A stretch of DNA of 63,770 nucleotides, filler included, from Hyphochytrium catenoides (taxonomy: Eukaryota > Protista > Hyphochytriomycota), in assembly GCA_900088475.1 (NCBI GenBank). It is 15 parts of 15 records of this genome, joined end to end, with 100 filler letters (N's around TTAATTAATTAA, not from the genome) between each part and the next. Parts side by side here need not be neighbours in the genome. Positions count along the whole stretch, not along the records: positions 1 to 10,131 come from FLMG01004720.1; positions 10,232 to 12,002 come from FLMG01003176.1; positions 12,103 to 15,674 come from FLMG01000307.1; 12 more parts are not named here. The stretch is one strand, 5' to 3'. Position numbers and translations under genes: made by a program. How positions within the stretch are numbered: position 1 is the stretch's first letter; every line of letters begins with the position of its first letter. Below the pieces are notes generated by a model. The model worked only from the letters and a program-made list of their open reading frames with translations, was not told the origin of the DNA and did no database searches. Positions 1-12,178 of the stretch are shown here, one piece after another.

Positions 1-255
1 CTCTCTCTCTCTCGCTCTCTCTCTTTTTCTCTCTCTCTCTTCCTTACTTGCTCTTCCCTACTTTTTCACGCTTTCTGACTCTCACTCTCACTCTCTCTCT
101 CTGTCTCTCCCTCTCTCTGTCTCTCTCTCTCTTTTCTCTCGCTCTCTCTCTGTCTCTCTCTCTCTCTCTCTCGCTCTGCCTCTGTCCCCCTCCTCCCTTT
201 TTCACGCTTTCTGACTCTCTCTCTCTCTGTCTCCCCTGTCTCTTGTTCTCAGCCT
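1..255. repeat. (CT)n low-complexity tract, representative of dozens of (CT)n/(GA)n tracts in the window
   Basis: Seen directly in the sequence. Confidence 0.95.
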
Positions 256-1978
256 GATGGCCGCTTTCGACGTAACCTCTTCGCATTATTAAGAGTGCCA
301 ATCTACCTTTCACGTATTTTACCTTCCAGTATACTCCAATCCTTAAATATATCGCTCAGTGGAAGGATAAACACTTGTCCATTGTTACTGAGGAGGCTAA
401 ACACGGGTAACGAACAGTGTAGCCTCCCACTCATTGTCGCATTTTCCTAAACCTAGTCAAAATCTTGACGAAATCTGTTCCTACTGTAGATAGGGAGAAA
501 TGCCCTGCAAAGAGCCAGAGTGTATCTCATTCCGTCCAAAAAGGCTCACAGCGCCGCGAGGGAAAGAGACCACAACCGCTCCCTCTCTCCCCCTCCCCTC
601 CTTCACTACTAAGAAACGCAAGCCACAAACAAGCCTGGAAAATGACACCACAAGTGGCGTGAGGGACATATCTTAGATGAGACAGTGGGTGAGGCTCGCT
701 CAGTATCTAGCCATGGGGTTTGCTCACCCACAATCTTTTCCCATTGCCAGTTCGTGCCCAACTAAAAACTTTGGCAGCATTATTTTAGATTTATCGGCTT
801 TCTTGGGTGGACCTTCCAAAATAATGAAAGTTTCATTTCGTATCCGTTCACCTGATGATGTGCTAGACCCCGAAAATAAAATAATTGCGTTCACCACAAG
901 ACAACCAGAGCGTGTGGCATATTCTCAGGTAAATGACTATAACCTGAAAGCTGGTTAGAAAGATCATAAAAGGTTAATCTCTAGGTAAAACAGAGCGCCA
1001 CTGCTGTCAAATAACTATACCGTGCGGCGTATTCTCAGATGAGTTCGGTTAGGCCTTTCGAGAAAACGGATTAGGATTAGGTTTGATGCCTAAAAAAGCG
1101 AGGTCCAGGGTGGGCATGCCTTGTCAACAGTTCGGCTGGCGGCCATCTTGCAGGTCAGCAGGGAGAGAGNNNNNNNNNNNNNNNNNNNNNNNNNNNNNNN
1201 NNNNNNNNNNNNNNNNNNNNNNNNNNNNNNNNNNNNNNNNNNNNNNNNNNNNNAGAGAGAGAGAGCGTGGTCTAGGGAAGGAAAAGCCAGCAGAATGAGG
1301 TCGATTTACTCGTTTTCTGTCTCTCTGTCTCTCGCACTCTGTCTCTGTCTGTCTCTGTCTGTCTCTCTGACTTCCTCCCTCTTCTTTCTTCTCCTTTCCA
1401 CTCTCTCTCTCTTTCTCTCCCTCTGTCTCCCTCTCTCTCCTCTCTCTCTCCCCTCTTCTCTCCCGCCTCTCTCTCTCACGTTTCTCCAGCGTTTCTTCAT
1501 CATCGCCTTTCCCCAGACTTTCTTCCCTTAGTCCGATCAGTGGAAAGCAAGCTTCCGTCATCTTTGGAGGGCGCCCGCACTTGTGCTGGAAGCTGGAGGA
1601 CAGGACCGACCAATTAACTTCATGATCTTTGTGCCTGCAGACTGCAGACTAAAGACTGACGCGCACTGAGCTCTGCCATCAACCTCGTCGTTCCTTCCGT
1701 TCACTTCTCCTCTTGGACGCTTCTTGCTTCCAATCTCTCTTTCTCTCCCAGCGGCCCCATTAGCTTGACGACGCTGGTTTCCTGTCCTTATCCATCATCG
1801 GCAGGAGGACGTTCTCCGCTTCAAAGAAAACGCTCTTCTCTTCTATCTGTGGCGGTCTCTGAACAGAGTCTCGGTCTGCACGGTTTGTCTGTCTCTTTCT
1901 TTCAAAGCTCTTTCACCTTCTTGGTGACCTGCACGCTGTCTCTTTGTGCGCGACGTCGTTGATCCTAAGCCTGGAACC

Positions 1979-4908
1979 ATGACAACGCCCGGCGTGCCAT
2001 CCGCAGCTCTTGATAATACCGCTACGGAGCCAAATCAGGGCGCAGACATCTCTGTGGCCATCTCCGATGTGGACTCTTCTTCGATTGTGAGCCCTGCCGC
2101 TCCCTATAGAAATCTACAGAGCACAATCGGCATCCAGCCTTCTCCGGCAGCACATTCTAGCGTGTCTTTTGAGGGAGACATCCCTCGCCGATCGTCTTCT
2201 GCTGCTTCTCCTACCTCCAGAGCTCGGAGGAGAAGTAAAGCAAAGGATGAGAGCGTACCTGAAGGCGTCTATCAGGTTGGCTCGCTAACTGTTTGTCTCT
2301 TGGACCGTCTGCTCTTCTCTCCTGACTGATCTTCTCTATCTGTGCCCCTCTCTGTCTCCATTCTCTCGTGACTGTTCCTCTCTACCTTACTACTCATCAA
2401 GGCTGGCCTGCTCTTCTAACGCTCTCATCATCCTGCGTCTTTCTCTTCTTTCCCATCTTGTACCTTTTGCCCTTGCACGGTTGCAGATCAAGCATCGTCC
2501 TCCTAAAGCCGCAGATTTTGAGAAGTGGCAGGATGATGACAATCTGGCGGTGATGCAGACGCTGCACAAGCCTCGTCTGGGCATAAAGACCGTCTATTAT
2601 AAGCACCAGATACAGAGCTATTCTATCGCAGACGCGACCAAGTTTGGCTCTATCTTCACTATCCGCGGTACATTTCTATGGGATCGCTTTATTTGGCTCC
2701 AAGTGCTTGTCCTTCTCGTCATCGCCTTCATAGCAGGCCTGGTCTCATGGGGAATGCTAGGTAAGACCATGCCTCTGTGTCACTCTAGCGTAGCTCCGTA
2801 GTCGAATGTCCGCTCTCAGCTTTCACTCTGTCTGCTACCTTCTCCCCTTGTGCCCTTGGTGTTTCTGTTATCTCGCGTGCTTCCATGTTGACATCGCCCA
2901 GTCAGCCACGCCTTTCTTTGCATTCTTCTTGCCTATCGTCTCCTTACAAGGGAGGGACAATGCAAGTTCCTTTATCTATCACATTGCTCGCTGTTCCTAG
3001 GAAGTAGATTATGTTCTATCGTGACTCCTGGCAGGAACTCTGCTAACGGTGCTGTCCTTGCTCTCTTGTCCGACTGTCTGCAGAGTTGGGGCTCAAGCTT
3101 GACTACAATGTGGTCTATAACTTCTACTCTCCCTTCACCAAGCTTCTCACGTACATTCTCTCTCTCTACGTCTCGCTCGGGCTAACACGCTGGTGGTCCA
3201 TCCGGACCTTTCTCACTAACTTCTGGGGCTCTTTCCTGAACATTGTGATGTTTGTGGGCACCTACATTCCCCCTGACTCGGATGAGAACATTAAGATCAG
3301 GCGCACTGTCATTCGCTATGGATTGCTTTCTCATGCGCTGCTGTACAAGGCCTCTCAACATAGAGACGAGGTACTTTAGTCAGCTTTTCACGCTGTCTCT
3401 CTCTTTCGGTCTCTCTCTCTCTCTGTCTGTTTCGCTCTCTCTCTTTCTCTCGCCCGCTCCCTCTCTCGCTCTCTCTTTGGCTCTCTCTTTGGCTTACACT
3501 CTCTCACACACAAACACTCCGTGTTCCGTAAGCTCTCTCGCAACTTCCGTCAATGAACTTTGAAAACTAAGTACGCCTCTGATTGGTTCTAGGACTTTGA
3601 TGATCTGGTCCACCGTGGCCTCGTAACCCCAGAAGAGATCCATCTCTTGGCTGGGAGAGAGGCGAAGGCCCAGGTGGTGACCACTTGGGTGGGACAGATC
3701 CTTGAAAAACAGAGAGTAGCAGGGAAGTACGTTGCAGGCGTCACCATCCCACTCTTTCAGACGCAAGTCACGAACTGGCAGAGCTCGATAGTGAACTCTG
3801 TCGCCTTCAGAGTGACCCAGCTGCCGTATCCTTATGTCCATCTGATCACCTTCATGACCAAGGTCACGCTCATCCTCATGGCTATGTGCTTTGGCGGTGC
3901 TGTGGCCATTGTTTGGTACAACTCGGATGCGAAGATCACTCTTGGGGCCAATGTTCCTACCACCGGCACTTTGGTGCTAACCTCGGTAAGGAAGCGATGA
4001 GTGGTGGCAGAAGGAGACAACGGGACGGCGTGTGAAAGAGGGAAGGAGGGAGAGAAAGCGGGAGNNNNNNNNNNNNNNNNNNNNNNNNNNNNGAGAGAAG
4101 GCGAGGAGCAGGTATGGCAGCGCGAGGGATGGGACTAACCGATGAAGGCAATGCGGAGCTTGGGAGGTTAATAGGGCTTGTTTTGACCAACGCGAGATGG
4201 CCTAACATAGCAGGTCAATTTTGCACCAATAGACATAACTGGTCTAACTCTTTCCTGCTCTCTCTCTTCTCTTTCTCTCTCTTCTGCCTCTCGCTTTTCA
4301 CTATCGGGATGGCGAAGTTTATCCTTTTGGTTGTGAATAGTCTCTTCTTCCAGGGGCTACTCGACCTTCAGCGTTACATTGAAGACCCATTCGGTAGGGT
4401 GTCATCGTTTAGGTCTTTCCACTTCTCTCTTCCTTCTTCCTCAGCATGTGCAGTTTGTGCCTGCGTCTCTTGCTACAACTAGTGGTCTCTCACATCTTTC
4501 CCCCATCTCTCTCTCTCTTCTCCCCCCGCCTTAGGTGATGACGTGATTGACTTCCCTGAGTATGGGTTCCACAGTCGGCTGAAGAAAGAGGCCGAGACAG
4601 TAATGAATGGCGGCAAGGCCTACGACGAGCTGAAGGAAGCTTACGCCTACAACCCCCTTCCTAAACCTCCAGCAAAGCCCGTCCTCAACTCTCAGGTTCT
4701 CTCTCTCCTGGAGTCGCTTGGTTATGGAGAGTATGCACCCATTTTTGCGCAAGAGAAGATCATATATAGTGACTTGGCTAGCATGGACGGCATGATGGTC
4801 CATTCCTTAGGAGTCCCAGTTGGTCCTGCATTTAGTCTCGCCAAGGCATTCAAGAAGCTTCCTCAGAACTTTGAGGACTTCGGCGTCCCTGGGCTTGTGA
4901 AGCTCTAA
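1979..4908 (+). CDS. Bestrophin-family channel with C-terminal SAM-like domain, paralog 1 (exons 1979-2275, 2487-2760, 3084-3370, 3593-3985, 4318-4393, 4535-4908)
   Basis: GT-AG joins keep one frame. Bestrophin-type motifs LGLTRWWSIR, TQLPYPYVHL and IEDPFGDDVIDFP. C-terminal VLSLLESLGYGEYAPIFAQEKI..DL..M....VHSLGVPVGPAFSLAKAF fits a SAM pattern. Exon phases match the paralog. Confidence 0.88.
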
Positions 4909-6406
4909 TTGTTTTCTTGTGTCTGGTGCTCTATGCCAGCAGACTCTGGCTGTCATCAACGACAGTATCGTCAGATTACCTCTGATCTGATATAAAGAAC
5001 TGGCGACCTCTAGGTGGGCGTTCATAAGATGTTCTAACTAGGCGACGCACGATGAGTGTTGGCTGGTATCTCATTCGCACTGTCAGAGCAAGAGGTAGAA
5101 GTGGTAGGATAGCTCGTAGCTCTATTTGTAACTAAGCAAGCGTGAGCTCAACCAAAATTTCTTGAATTAACTAGATGCCAACTCCATCGAGTCTAAGCGA
5201 ATAACACATCCTCAACGTTCGATGCTACTCTCCTGGCGCCTATCACTACGCCCCTACCATCTGCGTTGTCTATCTTTGGCCCCCATTGATAACCCTAGAT
5301 CTCAAACCATCCCTGGGTCGCTTCCGTGCTTCTGTAAGAAGGAGATGCCCATCATGGGTGACATCGATCTGTACTAATAACCCATTGCTCTATCTGTTCG
5401 TAGAAACCCGTGGAAGATCACTGCAGTAGGATCCCTACGGACCCGAGCTTTATCAGCAGGCAGGATCCCTATGGACCGAGCTCTATCAGCCTGCCTGTGA
5501 GGAGGAACTAGCCAGTCAGCTCAGCCCCAGAGGCAACTGCGATCTTCACATTGGTCAGCCCTATAGAACTACCGTTAGTGTGGCTGGGAGCTCAGACAGA
5601 CAAAGGATCGAAGATCTGCCAAATCTCTGGATTGTGGTGTCGCTGGCGGCGAGGGATGGCACCTGGTCTGGCTCTCTGGAGCCGCTAACGGAGCAATTAC
5701 GGTTGCTGTTCGTGACCAGAATGTGGGGCTGTGAGTACTACAGGACAAACTACCACTAACATTCTATAGTCTAAGAACAATACTACTACAGCAGGAGTGT
5801 TGTAGCGGGAGTTCCACTCTGAACTGCAATCTTAATTGGAAATACTCGCTCCTAGCTTGGAAACGTCATACTACTACAACGCACACCAGTTCTGAGAATA
5901 CAACCCCTTCCAAAACCAGCTCTCTGTAGTATGTACTTTGGAGCGAGTGTACTACAACGACGCACACGGTCCAGGACAGTTATTCTCACAGTGGCTCTGA
6001 GGCTGGTCCCCCGCACCACTGTCCGCCCTTCCCAATAATCTTCATCTTCATCTGCAAAAAGCTTCATCTGAAAGCTTCAATCAAACTTCGTCAGAGCTCG
6101 GTCAATGGAAGCTTGCTTGGGGTATCATCACGGTCCTTTCTATCACAAGGCTCTGTGCATTCAAGTTTATACTGTCAGGTCTAAAAGCCTAGCATCCCTC
6201 GGTCGCCAATCTTGAGTCGTTAGATAGGTGCCTTCCGTGATTTGCTTCTTATCACCATCGCAATTCCCCTGCGAATCGAAGCGACGATCATGCTTGTGAA
6301 GCTACTCGGAGTATAGAAGATATACTTCGCCTATTAGGAGCTGCGCTAGCTCTCTTTCTGAAGAAAGCGCGAAATCTCTCGTGCCTCAGTCTGCACTCTG
6401 ACCACC

Positions 6407-8619
6407 ATGGCCGGTAGGGAAGACGTGAGCCCGGGAACGACCACTTCTCATCCTGTGAGCAGTAGTGCTCAAGATAGCCTTCACGCTAGCTCAGATCTGG
6501 AGCGAGCTGCAGCGCTCACTCTGCCGAGCCCAAACTCTACCCCTGTAAGTAAGAAGACATCCTCTGCAGGAGATTACGGCGAAGACGCTGTGCTCTCAGT
6601 CCAGAGGTCACCATCTCTGCACTCTAACAGCTCTTCTACTAGAGCAAGAGCCAAGAGTAAGGACCTCAACCTTATCTCCCCAAAGGCTGCCCTGCAGGTA
6701 AAGGCAACATTCTGATTGTCGTGGGATTCTTCTGAGCCATACCATTCTCTTCGTAACCATCATTGCGCTATATCTCTCTCTCTGTCTTGCTCTTGCTGTG
6801 CACGTCTCTCCTATCTAGCTAGTCCTTTAGTGACATTTTGCCCGTCTAACTCTCCTCTCCGCTGTGTTATCGCAGATCAAGCACCGTCCTCCCAAGGCTG
6901 CGGACTTTGAGAAATGGCAGGACGATGACAGCCAGGCGGTGATGCAGACGCTGCACCAGCCTCCTCTAGGCATCAGGACAGTGTATTATAAGCACCAGAT
7001 ACAGAGCTATTCTATCGCAGACGCGACCAAGTTTGGCTCTCTCTTCACTATTCGCGGTACAATTCTATGGGATCGCTTCATATGGCTGCAGATCGTGGTG
7101 CTGGTTGGCATCGCAGCCATAGCAGGACTGCTTACGTGGGCACTTCTAGGTGAGCAAACCCATATCCCTCTCTACTTTTGTCCTTCTTGTCTTCATAGCA
7201 ACTCTTTGTAAAACTGCCCCTGCCTGGTTTTTGCTGGACATGCTCACTCAGTCTTCATGCTGGACGATGTCGTCCTTTGTCTCTTTGATCATTCTGTGGC
7301 TGTTCCCCCATCCTGTCCAAAGCATAGAGCCCAACTGATGAAAGACTTTATCTGCTGCAGCGCTAGGGCTGAAGCTGGATTTTAACGTCGTGTATAACTT
7401 CTATACGCCTTTCAGCAAGCTGCTCAACTACATTCTGTCGCTCTATGTCTCTCTCGGACTCACGCGCTGGTGGTCCATTCGGTCCTTCTTGACAACGTTC
7501 TGGAGCTCCTTCCTCACTTTTGCGACGCTTGTGGGCACCTACGCACCTTCCACAACAGAGGCGAATGTAAAGCTCAGAAAAAGAGTTCTGAGGTATGGCT
7601 TGCTGTCGCATGCCTTGCTTTACAAAGCTTCGCAGCACACTGATGAGGTGAGAGATTAAGCGTAGCGCCTCGAACATCGTGCCTTGTCCTGCATCTTCAG
7701 TGCGCGGGGCTTCTTAGCTCCACTTTCGTTCTAATATTCTTACGCTGATTCAGACTCGTACTTGGTACTGAGCATTCACCTCATACCCCATATAGCGGCT
7801 TGTTTCCTTCTCCGCCCGATGGGTCAGAGTGCTCATCCTCTCTTCTAGTGCGTGTGTGCTGTTTATTTCTATTAAAGTCTCCTTCCCACATCTCTTAGCT
7901 TCCTTCCCCATCACTCTGATGTTAGATCGCACTTATCATATCGTGGATTTTCTGCAGGACTTTAGCGACCTCCTCCAACGTGGTCTCATCTTGCCCGAGG
8001 AGATCCCTCAGCTGGCAGGTAGAGAGGCAAAGGCCCAGGTAGTGATCACGTGGATAGGCGAGCAGCTTGAGCTGCACGGTGCCGCTGGAAAGTTCATTCC
8101 AGGCGTCGCCACACCGTACCTTCATGCTCAGCTCATCAACGTCCAGAACTCAATAGTGAACTCTGTCGCCTTCAGAATAACCCAGCTTCCTTACCCTTAC
8201 GTCCATCTTATCACCTTCATGACGAAGGTGACTCTCATTCTCATGGCATCCTCTTTCGGGAGCGCCCTCTGTGTTGTCTGGTACACTCAGGGCGTGAGGT
8301 TTGACGTGGCCACTGTTTCGAAGATTCCTACGGTTGGCACTTTGCTGCTGACATCGGTACGCGGTGCTGGTTTTACTTCTCCATTGAGAGAGAAGGCTGC
8401 TAACTGTGTCTCTCTCTCTGCTTTTGCCTTCATTTGTATGACTTAATGACCTGAATGGACTGTGGCGGCTGCAGAGTATTCTGCTGGTGGTCAATTCTCT
8501 CTTCTACCAAGGTCTTCTTGACCTTCAGAAGTATATCGAGGATCCATTCGGTAAGCAAAACTAGTCCACCGTCTAGCATATGGACATGCTTTCTCGGTCA
8601 TACTTTTATTTGTCTCTTA

Positions 8620-8652
<33 letters not shown>

Positions 8653-9081
8653 CTGCCTCTCCCCTGTCTTTTATCGACGTTTTTGCCTCTTGGTCTCCAT
8701 TGCTGAACATGCTATGCTCTAGGGAACGACGTGATTGACTTCCCGGAATACGGCTTCCATAGTCGGCTGAAGAAAGAGGCAGAGGCGACGATGGACGGCT
8801 GCAAGTCGTATCAGGAGCTCTTGAGCGAGCCCGCGTCTCCTATGGAACCTGAGAATGACCCTGAGGTTATCACGGTCTTGAAGACGCTGGGGCAGCTGGA
8901 GTACGCGCCTCTCTTCGCCAAGCAAAAGGTTCAGTATAACAGTCTGGCCGGCATGGACGGCATGCTGATCCACTCTATGGGAGTTCCGATCGGCCCAGCC
9001 TTTATTATGGCAAAAGCTTTCAAGGAACTGCCTCGAGGATCGGATGACGGCCCTAAGAAGAGTGAGCTAGTGAAGCTCTAA
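6407..9081 (+). CDS. Bestrophin-family channel with C-terminal SAM-like domain, paralog 2 (exons 6407-6697, 6876-7149, 7361-7647, 7958-8356, 8475-8550, 8723-9081)
   Basis: Same intron positions as paralog 1, with identical lengths for exons 2, 3 and 5 (274, 287, 76 nt). Motifs LTRWWSIR and IEDPFGNDVIDFP. SAM-like VITVLKTLGQLEYAPLFAKQKV..SL..MDGMLIHSMGVPIGPA. Confidence 0.88.
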
Positions 9082-10131
9082 TATTTTATAGCTCCAATCG
9101 ATCTGTGTGCGTCTCTTCCTCTCTCTCTCTCTGCTCCGATGTAGTCTACGGCAAAGGGTGCTGCTCTCTCTTTTGTTCTTGCCTGTCAAATTTCATCGTG
9201 AAGGAGAAAGGTAGCTATCTTGTCCAGCAACATAACCAATAATACTTTGACGATTATACTTTCTTATGGACAAGGTCTATTGAGAGGATGAATCCTCTGG
9301 GAGGAACTTCCTGACCTCTCTTGCTCTTGAGAATAACCCCTAACACCAAGCTATGTGTATCTATCTTATCTCTACTCATTCTCCAGTCTCTCTTCTCGCG
9401 CACCGCGTTGCGCTTGTGTCCTGCGTGGTCACACGTCAAACTATGACAAGGAAAGAAAGCGATGCTTTCTAAGGGACAGAAAACGATGTTAAGTAGCTTA
9501 GGGGGCAGACGCAGCGCTGGCTAGGAAGAGAGAATCAAGCAGTAGAGGACACAGCTTTCAAAGCAAGAAGGACCAGGACAAGAGGAGCAAGTCTGGGTCC
9601 GCTTGTCTGAAAGAAAGAGAAAAGGGATCAGAAGCTGGACTTCTATTTCTATGGCTTGTGGGGAATGTGGGTCGAGCTGCAGACCTGGCTCTTTCCGTCC
9701 CTGTCTCTTGCAGCCGCTCTGTTGAAACATAGCCCGCGGGTCAGAGAGGAGAACTTAGTCAAAGTCAGCTGCATGTCCATTGCCACGCTTTGGCTGTGGG
9801 GCCAAGCACTGCTCGGTTCTCCACCAAGAGTCTCTTTCCTTCCTTCCCTCTCTCTCCTGTTCCTTATCTTTCGGAACTCGAAAGAGATCCAGGAAAGAAA
9901 CTTAAGAGAGCAGGTTGTCTTTTCTCGATAGCTACCAGGCTTTGCCTATGGAGAAGGTTCACCTGCCCTGCAAGTCAGTGCGGGAAGGGCGGGTGACACA
10001 AGGGTCATCGCGGGTGGCGAAGCAGCTGGGAAAGCTAAGGAAGCAAGTATCCCAGAAGAAAGAAGAGAGCCTGTCAAGGTGCTGATCCTCTTCTTTCTGC
10101 GTCTCTGTGCTTCTTCAGCCAACGGACCGCA

Positions 10132-10231
10132 NNNNNNNNNNNNNNNNNNNNNNNNNNNNNNNNNNNNNNNNNNNNTTAATTAATTAANNNNNNNNNNNNN
10201 NNNNNNNNNNNNNNNNNNNNNNNNNNNNNNN
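10132..10231. other. Assembly linker N44-TTAATTAATTAA-N44, first of 14 (others start at 12003, 15675, 19107, 21439, 23497, 40076, 45231, 47658, 51376, 54272, 56730, 58427, 62576)
   Basis: Identical 100-nt spacer with a six-frame stop cassette. This is an artificial scaffold joint. Confidence 0.97.
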
Positions 10232-10509
10232 ACAAGGCACAAAGAGAGCAGCACTGTTCCAATAAATCGGGCTCGAATACTCATCTCTTTTGACTTAGGG
10301 CAAAAGGATTCCACTCTCTCTTCAGCTGTTTTACTTTGACAAGGTTGAGGATCCTCTGGGCCGTCAATCGTAGTCTTTGACTTACGAGGTGGAGAAAGCT
10401 GTGCCTGGACTCACGCAGATTGGCGAAAAGCTTGAAAGATGATCGCCTCGGGTGGTCGAGAAGGAGTAGTGTTGAAGGCAAAGTTGGGAGGAGCTTATGC
10501 CGATCGAGT

Positions 10510-10540
<31 letters not shown>

Positions 10541-11323
10541 GGACAGCGAGAGGGAGGGCGAGAGAGAGAGAGAGAGAGAGCAGACAGGAATCGAAGTCTG
10601 AAGGAAAGAGAGTGAGCGGAAGTCGGAGAAAGAGCCGGGAGATGATTGACCAGAGATGAGAAACATGCGGAGGGTTCCTTGTCTTCTGGTGGGACGCTAG
10701 GGGTATGGAAAGCGAGGACGCAGTCATACATCTGCAGCAACAGTCACCTGAGGTAAGACCCCGGCAGCATCTAATGACCTCATCATGCGCGACACAGATC
10801 AACCTTCCAGGCGGACTGGACAGCATGTACCGGCTCTCTTTCTTCCCTTCATTCACTAGAAGAAGAGGTGTCACTCCTTCCGCCGCCATTTTTCTTATTC
10901 TTCCTCTCATCGACTCGATGGACCCGTACTGTCCCGTCTGGGGCAACAGAGTTTGCTGATGTCCACACAATTAGTCAACCTTACATTGACTGAATCGTAC
11001 TACTAGGACAGACACATGGACTCTTGAGGTGTAGCATCCTCTTGGCAGGATCGCCAGTTCTACAACGTCGGCACTTCTACTATCGAGGAGGCGGTTCTGA
11101 GTCAGCTTCTACAAGGAGCAGTTGCGTTGCTGGACGGCTGGTCTTAGTCTGTAGAACTAACCTTTTGCCCTGTCTCCTCTTTGGTCTGTCTTCCAGTTCG
11201 CCCAGTGCTTGTCCTTGTTCTACGCCTCTGTACACTATCGCTATCCCTTCTGCTTAACTCTGCCAAGGTAGCAGAAAACTCTAGGCAAGAGGTGAGAGAA
11301 GAATGAAGATAAGCCTTTATTAT

Positions 11324-11740
11324 AAACCGGGAGATTTGTTGGTTCGTGGCTTCTCCGCCTCATGTCAGCATACGGCCTTTGATGTGTCTGTCACGGACTC
11401 GCTGCAAACTAGAACCCTTCCTTATGTAGCAGTCCACGCTGGTTATCAAGGTCGTTTGTCTGAACAGGCGAAGTTGAAGAAGTATGAGGCACCTTGCCGC
11501 GCTGTAGGGCTGCAATTTTTCCCATTGGTTTGGAAGTCCTTTGGGTGCTATGCCGGGCGTCGTTGATGGTGTGAGAAGAAATCTGGTGAAGCTTCAATGT
11601 GACCGCTCTGCTCTTGATGCTTCTCGGCAGCTTGGGCGATGGTCCCGTTTGGCCATGGTTTTACGCCTTCACACGAGAGTCTCTATGGCGATTCATGAGG
11701 AAAATGCGCTTCACATCTTGAGGCGTATTCCTCTTGAGCA
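11324..11740 (+). mobile_element. Degenerate C-terminal restriction-like endonuclease (RLE) region of a CRE/R2-type non-LTR retrotransposon
   Basis: KPGDLLV...FDVSV...EQAKLKKY...FFPLVWKSFG, then after a frameshift near 11540 RVSMAIHEENA. This matches the P(G)D..D(V)..K..KY..F.P...E..G..R.S.A....NA pattern of RLE elements. Confidence 0.65.
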
Positions 11741-12178
11741 GTTGGACCCTTCTCTTGCTGGCCTCGCGGCGTTTGAAGTTGATGATGATGACATTGTGGT
11801 TGACGGTTCACCTCCTCCTCCTCCTTCTCCCCTTATTATCACTGAGGAGATCAATTATGATTCTTCCTTTACTGATGATGAGTGTGGAGCGTGCACGATG
11901 TGAAGCTGCGTTCAGTTCTTCCCTGATCTTTTTACCCAGGAACATCTGCAACAACGGTACTTGTGCCGCTTTGTGTGGTGACGGCTTCCAATCTTCTCCT
12001 GTNNNNNNNNNNNNNNNNNNNNNNNNNNNNNNNNNNNNNNNNNNNNTTAATTAATTAANNNNNNNNNNNNNNNNNNNNNNNNNNNNNNNNNNNNNNNNNN
12101 NNTCTCTCTCTCTCTCTCTCTCTTTCTATCTTTCTCTCTCCCTCCTACATTTCTCACGTTCTCGCTCTCTCCTTTCAG

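Noticed and set aside
10281-10970. 229-aa minus-strand ORF as the zinc-knuckle part of the RLE element (HDEV motif)
   Set aside because: It is on the opposite strand to the RLE fragment and largely microsatellite-derived.
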